DNA of 45,542 nucleotides from a virus (Duplodnaviria; Heunggongvirae; Uroviricota; Caudoviricetes): IMG/VR virus record IMGVR_UViG_2671181054_000005, positions 1 to 45,542 of that record; one strand, 5' to 3'. Shown piece by piece: positions 36,281 to 45,542 of this stretch (position 1 is its first letter; each line of letters starts with the position of its first letter). The notes under the pieces were generated by a model. It saw only the letters and a program-made list of their open reading frames with translations, ran no database searches and was not told where the DNA came from. The position numbers and the translations under genes were made by a program.

Positions 36281-36659
36281 TTTTGCTCGGAAGGTGATCG
36301 GCGTGCCGTGGGCTAACCGGGCCTGCTCGTTCGATAGGGTCGACTGCTGGGGCTTGTGCGTGCTGTATTACCGGCACGTTCTCGGCATTGAACTGCACCA
36401 GACGCCGGACTACGAAGCCGGTGAGGACTTCTTCACCTGCTATCAAAGTGATGTCGTTTTCTGGCACCCGGTGGATAAGCCGGTCGAGGGCGGGATATTC
36501 GTCGGGTACCGCGGCGCGCAACCGGCGCATGTTGGCCTGGTACTGAACCGGCAGGCGCTGCACTCGCGCGGCGAGAACGGAAGCGTACGCATGGACTCGT
36601 TGCTGGTCATTCAGCGGGCATTCACCAAAGTGGAGTTTTTCGAATATGGCGCTGGTTGA
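36243..36659 (+). CDS. Tail-associated NlpC/P60 (C40) cysteine peptidase
   Basis: 138 aa; Cys motif DCWGLC with downstream conserved His; tail-tip gene position. Confidence 0.6.
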   Translation: MTQRNIPACSTSDFARKVIGVPWANRACSFDRVDCWGLCVLYYRHVLGIELHQTPDYEAGEDFFTCYQSDVVFWHPVDKPVEGGIFVGYRGAQPAHVGLVLNRQALHSRGENGSVRMDSLLVIQRAFTKVEFFEYGAG

Positions 36660-39123
36660 GATATCGAATTTTCCAGGAACGCCTAAGCTGCGTTGCAGGG
36701 TGCCAAACGGCACCCTTTTTTATGACTGGCTGGCGGCCAATGATGGTAACTTTCACCGCGATCTGCTGATCGTCCGCAACGGCGTAAAGTTGGGCGAAGA
36801 TGATGAGCTGGCGTTTGAGCTATGCGAACTGGACACCGTCCAGATATTCGACCAGCCGAAGGGCATCATTGGCGACATTCTCAGCCCGATCTTCAAAGTT
36901 GTCGGCGCGGTATTCTCTTTCCTTGCGCCAAAGCCGGCGATCGCCAATACAGGCGGCAACACGATTGACTCGCCAAACAATAGCCTGACCGGCCAGACGA
37001 ATACGGCGCGCGTCTACAAAGCAAAACCGGACATCTACGGACAAATCCGTTCGTTCCCGGACCTGATTCAGGAGTCGCTTTTCGAATACGTGCGCCAGAG
37101 CGACACGGATGGCGGCCTGAAGTACGTTACTGAGTGGATGTGCATCGGGATCGGCAAATATGATTACGAGTCTGTGCGTTATTCAGAGTCCAGCCTAGGA
37201 AGTATGGCCGGTGCAGAGTTCCAGTTTTACCAGCCGGGTGAAGTGATCCCTACCATCAACGAAGGCTACGGGTTCGACGACGTGGATGGCCAGGAAGTGC
37301 CCGGGCAAAACGAATCGGATAATTTCCCGATCGAGACTGCTACGGCTACTACGGTTGTGAGCGGAACTTACTCCGGCGGGCAGATTGCGGTAAAAATTAT
37401 CAAGCAGGCTGAGTTTGATTACTTCATGGGCCTGGTCCTGCCGCACGCCGTTACTTTTACGATTAACGTCACCTACAGCACGCCAACCGGCAACGTAACG
37501 CAGGATGTCGATTTCTCCGGCACGCTGATATCGGCTGTCGAAACAAACGACGGCGCGGTGGTTAACCCGGTCCGGTGGTACACATTCACGATGAGGGATC
37601 TAATTGGCCCTCCTGACGTGCCGGCAACGGCGACTATTAACACGACGAAGTTCATCCTTAACGATAACGAAGCGCTAGTGGTAGGCCCGTTCTTCTCGCC
37701 GGTCGAATCTGCCCAGTTATGGCTGCACACTCAGGTGCAGCTGGGCGGCAAAAAGTCCGCTGACTGGAAGGTCACGATCTGGAAAATTGACGATTACTAC
37801 AACCAGGTGCCGGGTACTCAGCAGACGTTCACGTATCATCAGGGGACGCCGCACAAATCATCGAGCGAAGTATTTTACCGTACCGATAAGCTGACGCCGA
37901 CCGGCGGTTTCGGCAAGTACGCTATTAACTTCCAGCGCACAGATAACTCGAGTGATGCCTCTATCCTGAAGGTTGAGGAGATCCACTCGGTCAACGTCAG
38001 AACCAACGTCGTGCATCCAACCGATACGCTGGTGCGCGTGAAGGTAAGGGCGACGGAGAACGCCCTGGGCAGCCGTGACCGCAAGTACAACGCACTGGTG
38101 ACGCGTCAGACCATCAGTTACAACCTGACGACGCAATCGGTGGATTACACCCTGCGGGCCTCGCGCTCGTTCGCTGATGCAGTGGCGCATACCTGGCTGA
38201 TTATGGGCGAGCAGCCGGTAAGTAGCATTGACCTGTACGGGCTGTACTCGATTGCCGAAAGTCTGCCGGATGAGCGCCTGGGTTACTTCGACTACACGTT
38301 TGACGACGAGAACGATTCGTTGGGCGACAGGGTGCAGGCTATCTGCAATGCGGCCTCTGTCATTGCGTACTGGGACGATGGCGTGCTGACGTTTACTCGC
38401 GATCAGAAGGTTGAGTACCCGGCGGCCGTATTCAACCGGGCCAACATGAAGACGGACGAGTACAAAATGACGTACGAGGCCACTCTTCCTGGCGGTTACG
38501 ACGGCGTGCAGGTGTCCTATGTTCACCCGACCACGAACAACAAGACGTACATCAACTATCGCGTGCTGAACGGCGCCATTGTCGAACAGGAAGCGCAGAA
38601 CCCGAACAAGCTCGAGATTGTCGGCTTCCGTAACGAGTATCAGGCGCGTGAGCGCGCGCTGCGAGAAACCAAACGCCTGATTTACTCACGCGTGAATATG
38701 AACGCAAAAGTGTTCGAGGACGGCATTATCCAGGTCGGTAGCGTCATTCAGATGCCCGACATCTACGACAGCAACCAGCAACAGGGTTACATCACCGGGC
38801 GCGCCGGTAATAACTTTGATACCAGCGAGCCGATCACGTTTACCGGTTCGATGTATGTGCTGGTGACAGACAGCCTGGGTAACCCGACGCTGCGCTATCC
38901 AGCGGCGGCGCGTGGCGACACGAAGTACGGATTCACCGCGGCTATCCCAAACATTCAGCTCAATATCTGGAACGGAGACACTGTGCAGCTCCCGTCGCGC
39001 TATCTCATTGCGACAGAGGAGGAACTGGACAGCCAGCTATGGACGGTCAACAGCATCAAACCGAACACAGATAACACGGTATCTCTGACAGTCGCGGAAT
39101 ACAGCGACGCCATCTACGAATAA
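36646..39123 (+). CDS. Large tail tip / host-specificity protein
   Basis: 825 aa, ATG with GGAG Shine-Dalgarno; follows tape measure, minor tail and peptidase genes. Confidence 0.65.
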   Translation: MALVEISNFPGTPKLRCRVPNGTLFYDWLAANDGNFHRDLLIVRNGVKLGEDDELAFELCELDTVQIFDQPKGIIGDILSPIFKVVGAVFSFLAPKPAIANTGGNTIDSPNNSLTGQTNTARVYKAKPDIYGQIRSFPDLIQESLFEYVRQSDTDGGLKYVTEWMCIGIGKYDYESVRYSESSLGSMAGAEFQFYQPGEVIPTINEGYGFDDVDGQEVPGQNESDNFPIETATATTVVSGTYSGGQIAVKIIKQAEFDYFMGLVLPHAVTFTINVTYSTPTGNVTQDVDFSGTLISAVETNDGAVVNPVRWYTFTMRDLIGPPDVPATATINTTKFILNDNEALVVGPFFSPVESAQLWLHTQVQLGGKKSADWKVTIWKIDDYYNQVPGTQQTFTYHQGTPHKSSSEVFYRTDKLTPTGGFGKYAINFQRTDNSSDASILKVEEIHSVNVRTNVVHPTDTLVRVKVRATENALGSRDRKYNALVTRQTISYNLTTQSVDYTLRASRSFADAVAHTWLIMGEQPVSSIDLYGLYSIAESLPDERLGYFDYTFDDENDSLGDRVQAICNAASVIAYWDDGVLTFTRDQKVEYPAAVFNRANMKTDEYKMTYEATLPGGYDGVQVSYVHPTTNNKTYINYRVLNGAIVEQEAQNPNKLEIVGFRNEYQARERALRETKRLIYSRVNMNAKVFEDGIIQVGSVIQMPDIYDSNQQQGYITGRAGNNFDTSEPITFTGSMYVLVTDSLGNPTLRYPAAARGDTKYGFTAAIPNIQLNIWNGDTVQLPSRYLIATEEELDSQLWTVNSIKPNTDNTVSLTVAEYSDAIYE

Positions 39124-39145
39124 GAACCGTCCCCGACAAACCTAA

Positions 39146-39171
39146 CCCGGCCATCGCGCCGGGTTTTTTTA
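39146..39171 (+). terminator. Intrinsic terminator
   Basis: Hairpin CCCGGC-N6-GCCGGG followed by TTTTTTT. Confidence 0.6.
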
Positions 39172-39181
39172 TGGAATAAAT

Positions 39182-41764
39182 ATGGCCACTACACCTACTA
39201 ATCTGCCAGTACCTAGCGAATCCCCGCGCGACCTGAAATTTAACGCAGGGAAAATTGATGAGTTCGTGACTTCATTCGCTCTTAGTTATATTGACCGCTT
39301 TGGAGATGAACACTACACGATTGAAGGATTAAGATGGCTTGCACAGCGGGCTATAGCTGAATTTGGATGGATACCTATCGGGACATTTCAGAGCGGCGCT
39401 GTTATAACTCTACCAAATCAAATATTAAAAGATGAAAATGATGGAGAATACTATAGATGGGATGGGCCGCTTCCTAAAATCGTTTCTCCTAATTCAACAC
39501 CTGATAGTGCCGGGGGAATAGGTAAAGGCAAATGGATAGGTGTAGGCGATGCCAGCTTACGTAGTGCTATTACTGAGACAACGAAAAAATACACTACATT
39601 TACAGACGCCATCAATTCTACTATTGATCTAGTTATCGGGTGCGTTATTACTGGTGGAAGAGTTTCCATCAATGACGGAGGTGGCGGCATATACGTCAGG
39701 AACGGAACTGGCACGGCAGGAGATACAGATGGAGGAAGTTACTTTGTTACCCCTGATGGGTCAAGGTTTGACTTAGTATCACCTGCAAATATTTCAACTT
39801 TTGGCGGCGTTCCTGGGCATGACTACCGTGCTGCTCTTGACGGTATAAAATCGTATGTTTCAACAAGAGATAAGGTAATTAGAATTAATTCTAAAACTAT
39901 TGTTAGTATGGTATTTACACCAGAGATTCCTGCTGGATACTGGAATGGATTCATACTTGACGTAGATGATAGCGTGACAATTAATACCGCAAGCGATGAA
40001 GCTGTCAAATCACCATTGGTAAAACTTGTCAGACCTGTAAAATTCTTTTTTACTGGTAATAGCACCAGTTATTTATTACGTTCAAGTGTTGGAATTACAA
40101 AAGGTGAATATACACCACTTGTTCCAGGTACATTACCAACTCCGCCGATCATAAAAAATGCAAACTACACAGATAATAAAACGTTATTTTGTGATATTCA
40201 GGATAAAGAAACTCCGGTCTTGACGGTTTTTACCTCTGGATGGTCTTTTCTGTCAGGTGTATGGCCTATGGGTGTTGTTGCGGATACACCTGCAGCGTCA
40301 CTGGCTGGGGATGCAGTATCAATTCCAGCCCCTACAGGGAATCTTGTTTTTGCTGCATACAGCAGAGTGAAGCCGTGCTCTGAATATTTCTTGTCGATGT
40401 ATGAGGGTGACAACACCGGTGGTCTGCCATGCGTTGTGGTTGAAGCTGAAAGTATGCGTTGGATCTATTACGAGGATCATTTTGGACATGGTAATTTAAT
40501 TGAGGGAACAATTGGCGGAGCATACTCTACAAAAAGCATTGCATATGCTGGATCTGATACTCATGCTTCACAATGGCTAAAAAACAGTATTGCATCCGTT
40601 CGTGTTGATACGCTTAAGTCATTCACTATCCTGGTTAACGGGATAGAGCGAGTTACAATTCGTCAAACCGGGAGAATCATTGGTCGTGTAGGATTTGGAT
40701 CACTTGGCGATGGCGGTAAGTATATGTCTGTCTTCTATCCATACATTATCGAAAATCGACAATACCGCTCTGCAAAACCGATAAATATCGCTGTTGTAGG
40801 CGATTCAATCACTGATGCCTCTATGGGAAATGGATGGGTACAGTTCGCGCAACAAGCACTAGAAGGAACTCACGGCATTCGCGTTGGACGTATGCAGACA
40901 ATTGCAATAAATGGGTATGCATCAGGAGATATCGCTAATATATTTAATGTCACATCGTTGGATGATATCGATGTAGTGCTTTTCCAAATCGGAGTGAATG
41001 ATATTCAAAGGCAATCCGGACGAGAGGCATTACGAAATAACGTTAAGCAGATGATGCTGACTGCAAATAACCTTGGGATTCCCTGCATTGTATCTTTGCC
41101 TACACAGTTCTATACCAGAGATCAGAGTGTTACGTTAACCGGGGTTGCTGGTTATGGACAGCCTTCGGCAAATTACGAGCTTGGGGCGCTTTACAGGGCG
41201 ATACTTGCCAGCACAGTAGCTGTTCGTAATACAGAGGTTAATCAGCCGCTTAATGCCCTGAATACTGGTTCTCTTGACGATCTCGGACCAATCGTAGCCG
41301 AATATCTCCTGACAAATCAGGACCCTGTTGTTATGGACAACATTCACCCGACCACATACGGAAGAATTCTTCTCGGCTTGTCAAATGCCAGAGCTATTGC
41401 ATCACATATGTTCGGTAGACGTAATGATCCTATAATTAACCACTGGATGCCAGGTGCGTGGGGGGCAAATAACTGGTCAGTAACTTCACTGGTTCGTGCT
41501 GCTGTAACATCATATCCCGATGGTAAAATTGCATTAACTGGCACTATCGCTAACATCGGAACAGGTATAACCGCCGACGGTACGACAGTATGCAACCTTC
41601 CGTTGAGCATCTCGCCAGTTAGGAAAATGGCATTTTCTGTTACAAAACTTGATGCAAGTGGCCTCCCTATTGGACAGGGTAATATTGTTATTGATACAAA
41701 TGGAACTGTTAAAATATACGGATTTCAAACGGGGAATGTGTCACTAGACGGGGTGTTATATTGA
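39182..41764 (+). CDS. Tail fibre / tailspike with C-terminal SGNH (GDSL) esterase domain
   Basis: 860 aa; SGNH blocks read directly: GDSIT (about 40797-40811), GVND, DNIHP (about 41332-41346); central and C-terminal part about 43% GC. Confidence 0.75.
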   Translation: MATTPTNLPVPSESPRDLKFNAGKIDEFVTSFALSYIDRFGDEHYTIEGLRWLAQRAIAEFGWIPIGTFQSGAVITLPNQILKDENDGEYYRWDGPLPKIVSPNSTPDSAGGIGKGKWIGVGDASLRSAITETTKKYTTFTDAINSTIDLVIGCVITGGRVSINDGGGGIYVRNGTGTAGDTDGGSYFVTPDGSRFDLVSPANISTFGGVPGHDYRAALDGIKSYVSTRDKVIRINSKTIVSMVFTPEIPAGYWNGFILDVDDSVTINTASDEAVKSPLVKLVRPVKFFFTGNSTSYLLRSSVGITKGEYTPLVPGTLPTPPIIKNANYTDNKTLFCDIQDKETPVLTVFTSGWSFLSGVWPMGVVADTPAASLAGDAVSIPAPTGNLVFAAYSRVKPCSEYFLSMYEGDNTGGLPCVVVEAESMRWIYYEDHFGHGNLIEGTIGGAYSTKSIAYAGSDTHASQWLKNSIASVRVDTLKSFTILVNGIERVTIRQTGRIIGRVGFGSLGDGGKYMSVFYPYIIENRQYRSAKPINIAVVGDSITDASMGNGWVQFAQQALEGTHGIRVGRMQTIAINGYASGDIANIFNVTSLDDIDVVLFQIGVNDIQRQSGREALRNNVKQMMLTANNLGIPCIVSLPTQFYTRDQSVTLTGVAGYGQPSANYELGALYRAILASTVAVRNTEVNQPLNALNTGSLDDLGPIVAEYLLTNQDPVVMDNIHPTTYGRILLGLSNARAIASHMFGRRNDPIINHWMPGAWGANNWSVTSLVRAAVTSYPDGKIALTGTIANIGTGITADGTTVCNLPLSISPVRKMAFSVTKLDASGLPIGQGNIVIDTNGTVKIYGFQTGNVSLDGVLY

Positions 41765-41770
41765 AGGTAA

Positions 41771-41795
41771 GGGGTGATAAAACACCCCTATTTTA
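41771..41795 (+). terminator. Intrinsic terminator between convergent tail fibre and acyltransferase genes
   Basis: Hairpin GGGGTG-ATAAAA-CACCCC followed by TATTTTATT. Confidence 0.5.
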
Positions 41796-41800
41796 TTGCA

Positions 41801-42886
41801 CTAAATAAAACGCCTTGTAAATTTTGCTATTTTTTTCTCAATCAACGAGTGAACTAAGCACCCTGTAATAATGCTAAATAACACATAAAAAGCAAGGTAC
41901 ATAAATACACTGGTATGCAGATGTAGTTCCAGTCGCTCCCACCAGTGCGCAAGCAATGATGTAAATAAGCCATGTATGAGGTATATGCAGTACGAAGCAT
42001 TACCTAAGTAAACTAATATATTCGGAGTCTTTACTTTACCCTCAAGGCTAATTGTTGCCCATACGATGTAAAAAGAAAACGCTCCCCATATAAGAGGTCT
42101 GTGCCATAAGTTCCCTACATACGTAGTTATTAAATATTTTTCAAGGATATAAAATAAAGGCAACGAACAAATCAATATAGCAGTAGCAAGTTTGGCGTTA
42201 AGAAATATTTTTGATATGTACAGTCTGTACATAAACATACCCAAAGCAAACTCAATCATTACTGGCTGAGAGATTACCTCAATTGGAGGGAAATACGCTT
42301 TAATAAAATTTGCGGCATGCTCGTTTTTAACTAAAATGTTACAAACGATAACTATTGTCACAAATGAAATTTCTATTTTCTCTATTTTTGAAACGCCAAT
42401 TGCAATAAAAATAGCGAAGATAGCATAAAAGAAAAATTCAAACTGAAGAGTCCACCCAACACCTAGTATTGGTCCCTTATCCCAATGGGTGAACGTTATG
42501 CTCCTAAAAAAATACACTAAATCTATTTTATCAGATGGAAACCAAAAAAGTAACGGTCTTGCTGGGGAGGTGATTTGGTATGAAACCAAATAAGAGACAT
42601 AAACAGCACATGCCGTAAGGATAATATATAAAGGAAGTATCCTAACCAATCTTCTTAAAAAGAACTTTGCCGCTGAAATATTAAATGGCCCATCAGCTTT
42701 TTTACCTCCATAAGCAATAAAAGGCATTATAAACCCACTAATTATAAAAAATATATCAACACCTATACCACCAAGGCCTGACATCCTTATTCCATACATT
42801 ACAATCTCAGAATGTGCAATGACGACAATCAATGCGGCAAAGAAGCGCAATACCTGTATGTTATAAATTGTTTGTTTGTTATCCAT
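41801..42886 (-). CDS. Acyltransferase family 3 membrane protein (putative O-antigen/polysaccharide O-acetyltransferase)
   Basis: 361 aa, ATG start; multi-pass hydrophobic protein with N-terminal VLRFFAALIVVIAHSE motif (conserved His); very AT-rich. Confidence 0.8.
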   Translation of the reverse strand: MDNKQTIYNIQVLRFFAALIVVIAHSEIVMYGIRMSGLGGIGVDIFFIISGFIMPFIAYGGKKADGPFNISAAKFFLRRLVRILPLYIILTACAVYVSYLVSYQITSPARPLLFWFPSDKIDLVYFFRSITFTHWDKGPILGVGWTLQFEFFFYAIFAIFIAIGVSKIEKIEISFVTIVIVCNILVKNEHAANFIKAYFPPIEVISQPVMIEFALGMFMYRLYISKIFLNAKLATAILICSLPLFYILEKYLITTYVGNLWHRPLIWGAFSFYIVWATISLEGKVKTPNILVYLGNASYCIYLIHGLFTSLLAHWWERLELHLHTSVFMYLAFYVLFSIITGCLVHSLIEKKIAKFTRRFI

Positions 42887-43200
42887 TTTTTAATAATTGG
42901 TAATTACGTGCTTAAGGTTCCAAAAGATTCCAGTTATTCACTGGGGCTGTAAGATTTTAACATCAATGCTTGATGGTTGACACACTGAATGCAGTTTAAT
43001 ATTTAATAACAACAAAATAATAACCAACTGTAATTAGCATGCTATAAATAACGTTGAAGATTACATCTCATGCTTCTATATCGCAGTAAAGTCAACATAG
43101 ATTAACTTCTGCTTTTCCATCCACAACTTTATCTCAAGCTACAACAACAAGTTGCATGCTAACTATTTCACGGTACTTGATGTGCGCTCTGTAAGAGTAG

Positions 43201-43220
43201 TACTGTATGTATAAACAGTA
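43201..43220 (+). promoter_or_regulatory. LexA (SOS) box
   Basis: TACTGTATGTATAAACAGTA matches CTGT-N8-ACAG consensus (17/20 to TACTGTATATATATACAGTA). Confidence 0.7.
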
Positions 43221-43238
43221 TTTATGGGAGTGCAAATC

Positions 43239-43610
43239 ATGGAGTCCCAATTCCCCGCAGCAGATTATGCAGTAGAGCGTATCTCACTGGACGGCAGGAT
43301 CATTACAAGCCCAGCGTCGACATATTTGATGCTGGCAGCAGAGACTATCTGGCGCGCAGGCATTATGAAAGATGCAATGCTTGTCGTGGACAGCGCTGTA
43401 CATCCCATTGATGGTTCTATTATCGTATGCCAGTTCAACGGTGAACTTCGTCTTAAGCGCTTGAGGTTAGCTCCTGCTCGATGCCTTGAAGATCTTAACT
43501 ATCCAGACCGGCATCAGATGCTGACGTCTGAAACTCTCATTATGGGAGTTGTGACATATATCATCAACGATGCCCGTAGTGGTGAGTTTGACGACAGCCC
43601 GGTGATCTGA
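43239..43610 (+). CDS. UmuD'-like protein lacking the N-terminal arm (S24 peptidase fold)
   Basis: ATG 43239 preceded by GGGAG; in-frame stop at 43212-43214 precludes a longer N-terminus; aligns to UmuD from about its Cys24-Gly25 site; GDSM position reads AETI. Confidence 0.65.
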   Translation: MESQFPAADYAVERISLDGRIITSPASTYLMLAAETIWRAGIMKDAMLVVDSAVHPIDGSIIVCQFNGELRLKRLRLAPARCLEDLNYPDRHQMLTSETLIMGVVTYIINDARSGEFDDSPVI

Positions 43611-44878
43611 TGTTTGCCCTGGTTGATGTAAATTCATTTTATGCGAGTTGTGAGACGGTATTCAGGCCTGACCTGAAAGGAAAACCGGTTGTTGTGCTGT
43701 CGAATAACGATGGCTGCGTGATTGCGCGCTCTGCTGAAGCGAAACTGCTCGGCGTCAAAATGGGTGACCCGTACTTCAAACAGAAAGACCTGTTCACGCG
43801 GTGCGGAGTTGTCTGCTTCAGCAGCAATTACGAGCTCTATGCGGACATGTCCAACCGGGTGATGACAACGCTCGAAGAGATGTCGCCGCGCTGCGAAATA
43901 TACTCAATAGACGAGGCTTTCTGTGACCTTACCGGGGTTCGTAATTGCAGAGTTCTGGAAGACTTTGGACAGGAACTAAAGGACGCTGTATACCGTAACA
44001 CGCGGCTTGCTGTCGGCGTTGGGATAGGGCAGACAAAGACACTGGCGAAACTGGCAAATCATGCTGCAAAACGATGGCAGCACAAGACAGGTGGAGTTGT
44101 TGACCTGTCTAACGTCGAGCGTCAGCGCAAACTGATGGCAGCACTTCCTGTTGATGAGACATGGGGAGTGGGCCGGCGCATTACCAAAAAGCTCGAGGCT
44201 ATGGGGATCAAGACGGTTCTCGACCTGGCTGATACTGACATACGATTTATTCGTAAACATTTTAATGTGGTTTTGGAAAGGACTGTGCGTGAGCTGCGAG
44301 GAGAGCAGTGTCTAGAACTGGAAGAGTTTGCACCCGTAAAACAAGAGATTGTATGTAGCCGCTCATTCGGCGAACGAGTCACTGAATACGATGCAATGCG
44401 GCAGGCTATCTGTAGCTACGCGTCGCGAGCAGCGGAGAAGTTGCGTGGAGAGCATCAGTATTGCCGGTTTATCTCTGCGTTCGTCAAAACGTCACCATTC
44501 GCGCTTAATGAGCCATATTACGGTAACAGCGCATCGGTGAAGTTGCTGACACCGACGCAAGATAGCCGGGACATCATTGCGGCGGCCACTAAGTGCCTTG
44601 ATGCTATATGGAAAGATGGTCACCGATACCAGAAAGCGGGCGTGATGCTCGGAGACTTCTTCAGTCAGGGCGTCGCACAACTTAACCTGTTTGATGACAA
44701 TGCACCTCGCGTCGGAAGTGAGAAGCTGATGGAAGTTCTGGATCAACTCAACACTAAAGGCGGGAGAGGTACGCTGTATTTTGCAGGGCAGGGCATCCAG
44801 CAGCAGTGGGCGATGAAACGAGAAATGCTTTCGCCGCGGTACACAACAAGATTTTCCGATCTGCTGCGCGTTAAGTAA
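43610..44878 (+). CDS. umuC: Y-family translesion DNA polymerase subunit (UmuC)
   Basis: 422 aa; [22 protein letters not shown] and SIDEAF catalytic motifs; TGATG coupling to upstream umuD'-like gene. Confidence 0.9.
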   Translation: MFALVDVNSFYASCETVFRPDLKGKPVVVLSNNDGCVIARSAEAKLLGVKMGDPYFKQKDLFTRCGVVCFSSNYELYADMSNRVMTTLEEMSPRCEIYSIDEAFCDLTGVRNCRVLEDFGQELKDAVYRNTRLAVGVGIGQTKTLAKLANHAAKRWQHKTGGVVDLSNVERQRKLMAALPVDETWGVGRRITKKLEAMGIKTVLDLADTDIRFIRKHFNVVLERTVRELRGEQCLELEEFAPVKQEIVCSRSFGERVTEYDAMRQAICSYASRAAEKLRGEHQYCRFISAFVKTSPFALNEPYYGNSASVKLLTPTQDSRDIIAAATKCLDAIWKDGHRYQKAGVMLGDFFSQGVAQLNLFDDNAPRVGSEKLMEVLDQLNTKGGRGTLYFAGQGIQQQWAMKREMLSPRYTTRFSDLLRVK

Positions 44879-45542
44879 CGAGTTCAATCAACTCCGGCCC
44901 CTGATTTTTCACATTACCAACGGAGCGCGTCACGGCGTGCCAGATAAACTTGTCGGCGGAAACCGCTCCGTCGGCTGCTATCTCTTCCGCTTCTTTCCCG
45001 CCTATATCCTGGCGCATCCACTCACGGGCCGCTTCAGGTGACAGAACAAGCGGCCGTCTGTCGTGAATGTCGACCAGTCCTTTATCAGCTGCAGATGTCA
45101 CTATCAGAAAGCCCTCAGCGTCATCACCGCGCTCAAATGGCGTGCTGCCTATAGCTGCCATAAAGATTGGCTGACCGTCGGCACGGTGAATGAAGTAGGG
45201 CTGTTTCTTGTCGCCTTCCTTTTTCCATTCGAACCAGCCATCAGCAAAGCAGATCGCCCGGCCATGTTGCCAGAGAGGTTTGAACATTCGGCTGGTGGCT
45301 GCGGTTTCGACGCGTGAGTTAATCAGCGGCGGTTTATCCCACCACCCGGGAGCGTATCCCCAGAACACTGGATCGAGATGCAGCTGCTCGTCGCGTTCGC
45401 TCAGCAGCAGAACTTTGGTGCCTGGCGCAACGTTGTAGCGTCCAATCGGCTCCGGGTCGTACGCGATGTCGCGATCGGCTTCATCCGCCAGGTAAGCCAG
45501 GTATTCTTCACGCGTTTGAGCTTGTGCAAAACGTCCACACAT
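44871..45542 (-). CDS. SOS-response-associated peptidase (SRAP, YedK-like abasic-site sensor)
   Basis: 223 aa, ATG at 45542; N-terminal MCGRF with catalytic Cys2; 3' end overlaps umuC 3' end by 8 bp. Confidence 0.85.
   Translation of the reverse strand: MCGRFAQAQTREEYLAYLADEADRDIAYDPEPIGRYNVAPGTKVLLLSERDEQLHLDPVFWGYAPGWWDKPPLINSRVETAATSRMFKPLWQHGRAICFADGWFEWKKEGDKKQPYFIHRADGQPIFMAAIGSTPFERGDDAEGFLIVTSAADKGLVDIHDRRPLVLSPEAAREWMRQDIGGKEAEEIAADGAVSADKFIWHAVTRSVGNVKNQGPELIELVT

Larger units (their letters stand above)
1..42886. mobile_element. Lambdoid prophage (xis through tail fibre and acyltransferase); integrase and att sites outside or not identifiable
   Basis: Complete lambda-like functional order: xis, exo-bet-gam, cI/cro switch, O-like initiator with iterons, DnaB, nin genes, Q, lysis cassette, terminase, head and siphovirus tail modules. 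Confidence 0.85.

Noticed and set aside
42887-43200. attR core / prophage right boundary in the AT-rich gap after the acyltransferase
   Set aside because: Plausible location, but no repeat partner (attL) is in the window and no tRNA fragment is recognisable; boundary left unassigned.
43201-43238. Possibility that the umuD-like gene encodes a full-length UmuD with cleavable N-terminal arm
   Set aside because: An in-frame TAA at 43212-43214 lies inside the LexA box, and the only upstream ATG (43224) adds just five residues.
1-45542. CRISPR arrays, tRNA/tmRNA genes, rRNA, insertion sequences
   Set aside because: No regularly spaced short direct repeats, no tRNA-like T-arm/acceptor signatures noticed in intergenic regions (including Q-holin and the region after the acyltransferase), and no transposase-like ORFs; not exhaustive without a dedicated scan.

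Overview
Almost the whole window (about 1-42.9 kb) is a lambdoid siphovirus-type prophage in an enterobacterial genome, followed by a LexA-box-controlled umuD'C-like operon and a convergent SRAP (YedK-like) gene at 43.2-45.5 kb. Gene order is lambda-like: xis and a minus-strand early-left operon (TraR, DUF4406, N6-adenine methyltransferase, exo, bet, gam, many ATGA-overlapped small ORFs), an immunity switch (cI/cro with three-site operators and pL/pRM/pR), O-like initiator with internal iterons, DnaB helicase, nin genes, Q with tandem terminators, holin/SAR-endolysin/Rz/Rz1, terminase, head and tail modules, tail fibre, and an acyltransferase. Integrase and att sites are not visible. Product calls rest on my recollection of protein families and motifs read from the translations; no database search was run. 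Several AT-rich accessory islands interrupt the roughly 55% GC backbone. The strongest candidates for undescribed biology are: (1) a zinc-ribbon plus DUF4145-like protein between Rz/Rz1 and terS, (2) a lipoprotein gene in the rexAB position behind cI, (3) a minus-strand repeat-containing ORF inside the tail module, (4) a tail fibre with an SGNH esterase domain next to the acyltransferase, and (5) the pre-truncated UmuD'-like/UmuC/SRAP cassette. The ORF track calls GTG/TTG starts as M, so many starts were re-set to the first plausible ATG with a Shine-Dalgarno.
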